From Candidatus Altimarinota bacterium (GTDB lineage: Bacteria > Patescibacteriota > Gracilibacteria > UBA1369 > GCA-2718715), in NCBI GenBank assembly GCA_041242255.1, contig JBESAV010000001.1:288001-352000 (forward strand): DNA of 64,000 bases, given 5' to 3'. Both the position numbers and the translations under genes were made by a program. The notes beneath the pieces were generated by a model. That model did no database searches. It was not told where the DNA came from and saw only the letters and a list, made by a program, of their open reading frames with translations. Within the stretch, counting starts at the first letter, position 1, and every line of letters starts with the position of its first letter. Of the stretch, positions 59,601 to 64,000 are shown piece by piece.

Positions 59601-62600
59601 CAAACTCCTCAAGCTCAAAACCCAAACCAAACAACTCTAGAGTCAGTCTTAAACCTACCTGCCAACCCAACCAATCAAACAACTGACCAACAAGAACAAG
59701 TAGCTAACTCACTAGCTGAACAAACCATCAAAAATGATTCTAATAATGATGGAATTATAGACATCTATGATGGGTCAGATTCATTAAACAGTGCAGGTAG
59801 TAAAGTAGAAAACCTAGTAAAAGATCTCTCTTGCGGAGACGGTGGTTGTCTTGCTGTTCCAAAAAACGAAGCTTTCCTTGTACCTGGAGATATACCTGGA
59901 ACTGAGTTACCAGCCTTTGCATGGGGGTGTCCACCATCACCAACCGGAGCCTTTATACCATTTTGGCCACCACAACCATATCAGGCATGTAGTGGAGGAA
60001 GAATTTATATTTCTCCAACTCTCACAGGAGAGTTCGCTGGATCAGTTTGTATTGGTCCCCATCTGCTAGGAGTTTGTTATACATTTAGTATTACTGATCT
60101 TGGTGCCTTGTGTGATGCTATCAACAAGAAGCTTCAAGACGTCATAACTAAAGCTTCAGACTTTGTAGAAACAAGTTCCGGTGGTGCCATCACAGTTGGT
60201 GGAGGATCAGGTCAAAGCCAACAATCCAACATACAAATACCAGGTTTCCCTGCAGTACTTACCAAATGGGTAACTAACCAATGGAAGGAAATTAACCAAA
60301 AATTATTAGATCCACCTGATATCAATATTATTTACCCAGATCCTCAATCAGTAGTTGGTTATGTCACACCAATAAACTCTCAAGACCAAAGAAATTATTT
60401 CTTCACAGACCCTTATCCAAATTGTAATTCTGAAGAAGATTTCAGAAATAATCCATCTCAATGTGGGAATTTATCCACATATAATGATGTCTTAGTAGCT
60501 AAGCAAACAGCAAAGTCTAGAGCAGAGTTCAACAGTGCCGACGACCTCCAAAGTATTCTTGAGGAAGTTGCTTTGATGCCATTGTTCGACATCAATTACC
60601 AAACTGTTTACGTAAATTATCCATGGATAGAAGAAAAAGAGCTTACCAAGTACAAAACTCAATTAATCTCACTCCAAGACCAAATCAAACTAGAAATATT
60701 CGTAAAAGGTTCACAATGGGGTTGTTTTGCTAACACAGATTATGATTCGATAACCAGCATACAAACAGCACTTGATAATGGAGACTTCCTACAATCAATC
60801 GCATCAGTTTCTAACCAAGGAGGTAATGTGCAAACTGCCTGTATTAGACTTGCAGCAGGTTTAGAAGGTATTGACCTCAATATCAAAGAAAACCTTCAAA
60901 GAATCACAGAGTACAGAGAGATTCCAAAAAATATTGTTCGAGTAGAAAACTTCGTAGCAAACTATGCTGATCAAATCTTACAATACGCTGAAATTATTCT
61001 TACAAACACTCTAGGTTGGCTAACAGAAAATACTTCCGCCTTGGTTCAATGGGAACAAGCCATCCATGATGTTGAGGCCATGGTAGAAGAGCTAAAAATA
61101 ATTCTAAACTTCTCTTCAGACTTCATGGAATCATGTGATGATTGTAGATCTAACCGAACTAACGATGGAATACAATCATTAATAACCCTTTTTGCAAACT
61201 TAGCCCCAGATCTTCCAGTCATTGAAATTCCGTCTTGGCCAGACATAACTTTAGATGTTTCTGAAGTCAAAGCAGGGGTAGACATAACTCTCCCAGATTT
61301 TGAATTCAAGAAAGATCCAATCACACTCCCAGATCTAGACCTTCAGTTTGCACTTCCAGACACTCCAGATGCAGCTTTGGGACTTCAAGGTTCAGGAGTT
61401 GATATAGATGGCTTTGATTTAGAGCTCTACCTAGATGCCTTCCAAGTTCCACTTCTGCCTGAACCACCAAACCTTGATGAGCTTGAAATAATGCAAGATC
61501 TTCCAGAGCTTCCATCTTTAGAAATCCCACAGTTACCAAGCCTTCCAAAACCACCATCTATCAAAAACTTTAGTACAAACTTCACTAAACAAGTTGAGCC
61601 GACTATCAAAGTTCTCACAAGACTAGTTAGAATCTACTGTCTAATCTCCAAAGGTTTAGTTCCAATGCCAGAGTCTCAAATTAAGGATCAAATTGAAACA
61701 ATGACCAACAGACCTCTTACACCAGTCCTTCCAGTTGATGTTAGTTTCCAACTACCAAACGACGCTCTCCAAGCACAATATATCGAAGAAATAATTTTCA
61801 AACTTACAACTCAGTTGAATCTTGAGTTTGACCAAATTCAAGAAAACTCTCAGCAGTTAGCAGATCAACTAAACTCGTTCTCTTCTAACATAACTGATCA
61901 AATCGAGGATGGACTAGAGGAAAACTTTGATTTCCTTGATCAAGGAGAAGTAAACCTACTCGGAGACGATCTAACAGAAACAATCGAAAATCTTCCAGAA
62001 ACAACTTCATTCTCAGATGCTATTCACTCTATGGATCAGCTAGCACAGTCTCTCAATAATCAGATCCCTAAAGAAATAAACTTAACAGCTACATCTCAAG
62101 CTTTTGTCCCAAATAAAGCAAATTCAACCCTAACTCTACAAGAGTACAAATCTCACCCAATAGTAGCCCAAAAACTATCTCAACCAGATACGAGAACCCA
62201 ATTCGCATCCATCACAAAACCAAGTCTCCAAACGCCTATCAAGTCAGATTCTTTCCAGTTAACAAACAGTTACATAGCTCAAGCTACTTCAATTCAATCT
62301 GAACTGCCAACCTACGATCCAGAGGAGGGAGTTTACACAATTGATGAACAAGGGAATGTTCAAAAGTTGATCGCCTACAACACACCAACTCAATCACAAA
62401 ATCAGGTAGAGATAGTAGACCTAGATGATGATGGCGATGAAGACATTATCTACTCACTTGAAAATTCTCTCTACATCAAGCAAAACAATCACGTCCAGAC
62501 CAACCAATCCTCAAGCATCTCATCTCCAAGGATATTCCAACTTGAAGACCTAACCAATGAGTTAGATTTAGATTCCCTCAAAACACCTGATATAAATTTC

Positions 62601-64000
62601 AATTTCCAACACAATCAGGTTAGTTTCTCTTTACCATCAAATCTTCTAGATAAACCTCTCCTACTTGATACTTACAAAACAACTATTACTGATACAGAAA
62701 GCTATCAAAGGTATTTGATTGTTCCAGAAGAATTAGATCAAGACATTTCAGAAGATGAATTCGACAAGGTCATACGAGTAAATTCAAACAATTCAGTTAG
62801 CTTACCTCTCTCTAACGGTAACTATCTTGCTAGACTTTCTTTGATTACCGAAACCAGAACTCACATCCTCCAATCAAATATTGCTCTTACACCAAACACA
62901 TGTGGCGATAACATCCCACCAAACATCCAACTAAATTCAGACCAAGAAGTAGATGTTCCATTATTTAGCACTTATACCGTTGATGTCAGTCAGACTTATG
63001 ACTCAGAGTCCAGCATCAGTCAGATTTACATAGACAACAACCTTACCTCAGATTCAGACCAAGATGGTGATCCAACCAATGATAACAATCTCCAAGGTCA
63101 AGAAAACCCTGCAACTGCAATTTTCCAATTAGGTCCATTCAACCAAATCCAGACTCGCCGATACAATATCCACGCAGAAGATATAAATGGAAACACCAGC
63201 AATGTTATATTAACCATAAACGTGGTCCCACCTGGTATCACGATCACAAAAGGCCAAGACAATCAGATCAACGGTCAGCTTGATCCTATCTCAGGAAACA
63301 CACCAATTACTTTAATAAGACAAAGAAATGGTGTGCTTGCTCCTATCGCAAATCTTGCTACAGATGCCAGCGGACAATTCCAGTTCCAACCAGATAACAG
63401 CTCAACTTCAGTCGTAGTAAAAGATATCAATAATCGTGATTTATTTAGAATCAACAAAATCACAGGGACAATCCAAACTCTTGATCCATCAGCTACTCTG
63501 GAATTCACACCATGGAATCCATCTGAAGAAAACCCTTCGAATACATCAATAACTCTAAATCTTAATGATCAACCATTAACAAGAGTTCAAAAAATCTCTG
63601 ACAGTGCTATCTTACCAATTTTATCTGATCAGCCAGTTTCAGAAAGACAGCTCAATCAACTAGGTGTATACGTTCAAGATACCAACCCAAACGCTTGGTC
63701 TGCCCAGCTAACTGAAAGCCAAGTTATTATTTCTGAAACACCTCAGTCAGACCCAGCTCTAGTAGTAACCTCAGACGGCCAATTTAACCTATTGGATGAT
63801 AACCTAAGCATAGATATATCTTCAGTAGATTCTATTAATGACCTACAGACTTATGACGTTTATGGAGACAGCATTCTACAATTCTCAATATTCGTAAATC
63901 CAGCTAATGACCTACAGGTTCAGGACCCAACCGAAATCCAAACAACTTCAACTAGAACAATCAGGTATACTCCACCTCAACCAGAGTTCCAAGATCTACA
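53667..64000 (+). CDS. giant secreted/surface protein (at least 3444 aa, runs off right edge) with peptidase C25-like N-terminus, Ig-like/DUF11 and FG-GAP-like modules
   Basis: Frame from TTG 53667 (or ATG 53643) reads through wherever I spot-checked it, and the track shows no closed ORF in this frame. Motifs: N-terminal hydrophobic segment, LSGVVLMGEVPLP...YPYTDFED...PEVWHGVI, DMNNDDLDD, GDILEYTITL and DLDDDGDED. Extended -10 TGCTATAAT at 53631. Confidence 0.85.
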   Translation, partial: MSKFKLKKALHGLSDTYFKKSIIGVLLVAMILQAFYLDPLQVGTMNASLQATASIYSDQAPSNLVLILVEKDLFEDQDDYTNQYTENYSEVSSSSIQERIERYARDIQRSSYFQESDLDTEVTIIPVSQFQAPAEIASLLKQAYHQNLDQLEDSQLSGVVLMGEVPLPVVNKSGNLFTSLYPYTDFEDPSFVLDNQNQYFIPTQVNNPIPEVWHGVINLDSPQAISEYLDKNHLYYEGVEDFQDFDQSIFFSEPVHDASSFNQDLYSSYLTYTSVIEEFAYNRFSRKLLDFLGQNSSGFVAEAIRAGQSNQSDQIKVPDIFTRSNIEKFVTPLTDVFTVALRDQRDALLSTGRYQDSQYNSGLLGIAKLDELSSLYLKEVNQILENEIDDILDDIQQDINLVQGARLTPVLQFENQDGDIVDQQLDPIYFVNHSRQGDLLQLYLNLVPGLAQSTANLPTDEILDILFANPNSPLGQEDLIQNATLKINGTRFQDINTPAQCRLFRGGGTTNPLDKTVRTHRGLVIDRDPESPQTEVCYNPFDPDDPEETWTKVDRSPGLLNLRDNVYKCTTFAGRDLQDFHRMDEVQLDYQSPLTAQSCNGMRTTQDYLDLLKVEYARTDSEAELNQAIQELNSIPNYQDLTLATYQGQTITLGQFLSILPTYRSVQLTQNQSFDWHAFSSQILANPVRNEFSVNLQSTANPELRSLRLEVQQYQTSKNIPSLVKHADPTPGIISNAYDAINPDLPINATRYVTFMDKNGESQELVYPNLFKADSYADFLQDVSQLESALTRLSKTNQDYTGRLTNLISLPQDQYQSDQLVGANSAKVEYFTNWLTYDLNQKYEQAHSLILSKDRPFTLNNFSDSFEITHLTGNTTNSNLDFNILDFTDFDQILPPEDSLEGQHKAQTQEELIQSQQSAADDSIDLFTYFTDYLPSWYEEQQSRISQIISPEKPEISTADELFGSEDVTPDLVQVTASSVVPTTSSPLELNLTLVNQEGIKSLQSISQTVTSNLPQSTQDQLDQDPETPGVQVNYFSGESTIVFEVDQPGDYTITFPTNSYSFSIYEDPQLNIDLSQSTTQASPDSEIEVSITLQEGGQLINFPKPTLSLDTTTTRSSLVYTGDSPSGDTVHTYTLTPGTKSGQINLSTSLPAMSVAPAGTSLTVSPADPAKVKFTNSKTKINSTSTTEVEAVIVDEYDNPILQNFQNLQIQYDQTSSLQIFPQEVDFNLGKATLQFQAQPLSFGNIFFQITDGSSLQGFHQLQISSQLSLDRVGPDLNSLIFNSFTSTPQLQNEAYRSIFTDSKVQASSTLTTSLDDTLPYLYIHPSGGVLQPSPDLVSSQTTFQSGVFTTIFNDNQNQQIVELSTNLSNKILSNQAQPDQINFTSLNPNLELTETNISLQGQNLVEINPNQTIQSINEQVYLQIVDNTYYSVNLIYQGQAFANLTFQPTSSNEVTIKPNSRNPNLEYKLQTTLPSSSQPLGYKFYNPKVLLDSSQLPSSFDVRSHDSLETPQVGLVQGSKLLHLLSSGTPIGEANRPHLSEAGIVLGDPLISLPKLNNSSLSNMNFDETIGQFVSRKSDSQLVDILSLPESNKTVIAYQDGTVGLLDNETLRYLPEFLNVPNGIKSLHVANFQNNQETIVFLTDQECVQGDSCIYVFNDFTQDSKTGQTQLVSPNLSSQDGYELDRNNLSTLNRLDLNLSTKVSQILIQDMNNDDLDDLILEAEDQILYLFWNQEGQILPTPNALGHTRIPFQEEEYLLQKILINNISTPQEPTATLSIPTNPSQTTTTFQTPSGPIQSNQIQESQALDFYNLSSLASLQNSTARVRDIDGNTLESGDILEYTITLNNSSTTSYQNLKLSVPIPSNQVLTTSSLNPSSASFIQTTNQSNRKTLISGINLASQGTTIVSFRTTYQRPTTSDQSIIKVNQPEQENILPVQDGYPDLKILLPESDSITYFYSDYDSSNNVLSFRRFDQQQTPQAQNPNQTTLESVLNLPANPTNQTTDQQEQVANSLAEQTIKNDSNNDGIIDIYDGSDSLNSAGSKVENLVKDLSCGDGGCLAVPKNEAFLVPGDIPGTELPAFAWGCPPSPTGAFIPFWPPQPYQACSGGRIYISPTLTGEFAGSVCIGPHLLGVCYTFSITDLGALCDAINKKLQDVITKASDFVETSSGGAITVGGGSGQSQQSNIQIPGFPAVLTKWVTNQWKEINQKLLDPPDINIIYPDPQSVVGYVTPINSQDQRNYFFTDPYPNCNSEEDFRNNPSQCGNLSTYNDVLVAKQTAKSRAEFNSADDLQSILEEVALMPLFDINYQTVYVNYPWIEEKELTKYKTQLISLQDQIKLEIFVKGSQWGCFANTDYDSITSIQTALDNGDFLQSIASVSNQGGNVQTACIRLAAGLEGIDLNIKENLQRITEYREIPKNIVRVENFVANYADQILQYAEIILTNTLGWLTENTSALVQWEQAIHDVEAMVEELKIILNFSSDFMESCDDCRSNRTNDGIQSLITLFANLAPDLPVIEIPSWPDITLDVSEVKAGVDITLPDFEFKKDPITLPDLDLQFALPDTPDAALGLQGSGVDIDGFDLELYLDAFQVPLLPEPPNLDELEIMQDLPELPSLEIPQLPSLPKPPSIKNFSTNFTKQVEPTIKVLTRLVRIYCLISKGLVPMPESQIKDQIETMTNRPLTPVLPVDVSFQLPNDALQAQYIEEIIFKLTTQLNLEFDQIQENSQQLADQLNSFSSNITDQIEDGLEENFDFLDQGEVNLLGDDLTETIENLPETTSFSDAIHSMDQLAQSLNNQIPKEINLTATSQAFVPNKANSTLTLQEYKSHPIVAQKLSQPDTRTQFASITKPSLQTPIKSDSFQLTNSYIAQATSIQSELPTYDPEEGVYTIDEQGNVQKLIAYNTPTQSQNQVEIVDLDDDGDEDIIYSLENSLYIKQNNHVQTNQSSSISSPRIFQLEDLTNELDLDSLKTPDINFNFQHNQVSFSLPSNLLDKPLLLDTYKTTITDTESYQRYLIVPEELDQDISEDEFDKVIRVNSNNSVSLPLSNGNYLARLSLITETRTHILQSNIALTPNTCGDNIPPNIQLNSDQEVDVPLFSTYTVDVSQTYDSESSISQIYIDNNLTSDSDQDGDPTNDNNLQGQENPATAIFQLGPFNQIQTRRYNIHAEDINGNTSNVILTINVVPPGITITKGQDNQINGQLDPISGNTPITLIRQRNGVLAPIANLATDASGQFQFQPDNSSTSVVVKDINNRDLFRINKITGTIQTLDPSATLEFTPWNPSEENPSNTSITLNLNDQPLTRVQKISDSAILPILSDQPVSERQLNQLGVYVQDTNPNAWSAQLTESQVIISETPQSDPALVVTSDGQFNLLDDNLSIDISSVDSINDLQTYDVYGDSILQFSIFVNPANDLQVQDPTEIQTTSTRTIRYTPPQPEFQDL

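Noticed and set aside
55799-63508. Short ORFs listed in the track for the right-hand 10 kb
   Set aside because: All are shadows of the single giant + strand ORF.
1-64000. Genetic code 25 (UGA=Gly) as in Gracilibacteria sensu stricto and Absconditabacteria
   Set aside because: Conserved genes are full length under code 11, and TGA ends genes at ATGA overlaps (for example crtE/crtB and tal/tkt).

Overview
AT-rich, gene-dense bacterial chromosome segment read with the standard code (TGA acts as a stop). The gene content points to a Patescibacteria/CPR organism, probably Peregrinibacteria/Gracilibacteria-like. This is an inference from the type IV pilus cluster, a CPR-type membrane-protein operon, a giant secreted protein and the scarcity of Shine-Dalgarno sites. 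In order, the window holds: a disulfide oxidoreductase fused to a VTT/DedA domain; a carotenoid operon (crtE-crtB-crtI-lycopene elongase); zur-znuACB with a Zur box; three nucleotide-sanitising genes; gpmI; two tRNA-Ser genes; ctpA; pcrA; tlyA; tal-tkt-sodA; yebC; lexA with a palindromic operator; divergent mutS/mutL; a fused S6-S18 ribosomal protein gene; a five-gene operon of unknown function; thrS; recF; prsW; two paralogous lipoproteins with 48-bp Asp/Met repeats; rplJ-rplL with the L10 leader; a pilN/O/B/C/pilin cluster; and an ORF of at least 3444 codons that runs off the right edge. The two edge ORFs are missing from the supplied track. The most notable items are the DMG-repeat lipoproteins, the C50-carotenoid pathway, the rpsF-rpsR fusion, the giant protein beside the pilus genes, an apparent ATT start codon for pcrA and the LexA operator candidate. 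No CRISPR array, rRNA or transposase was seen. All family assignments come from motif recognition by eye, not from database searches.
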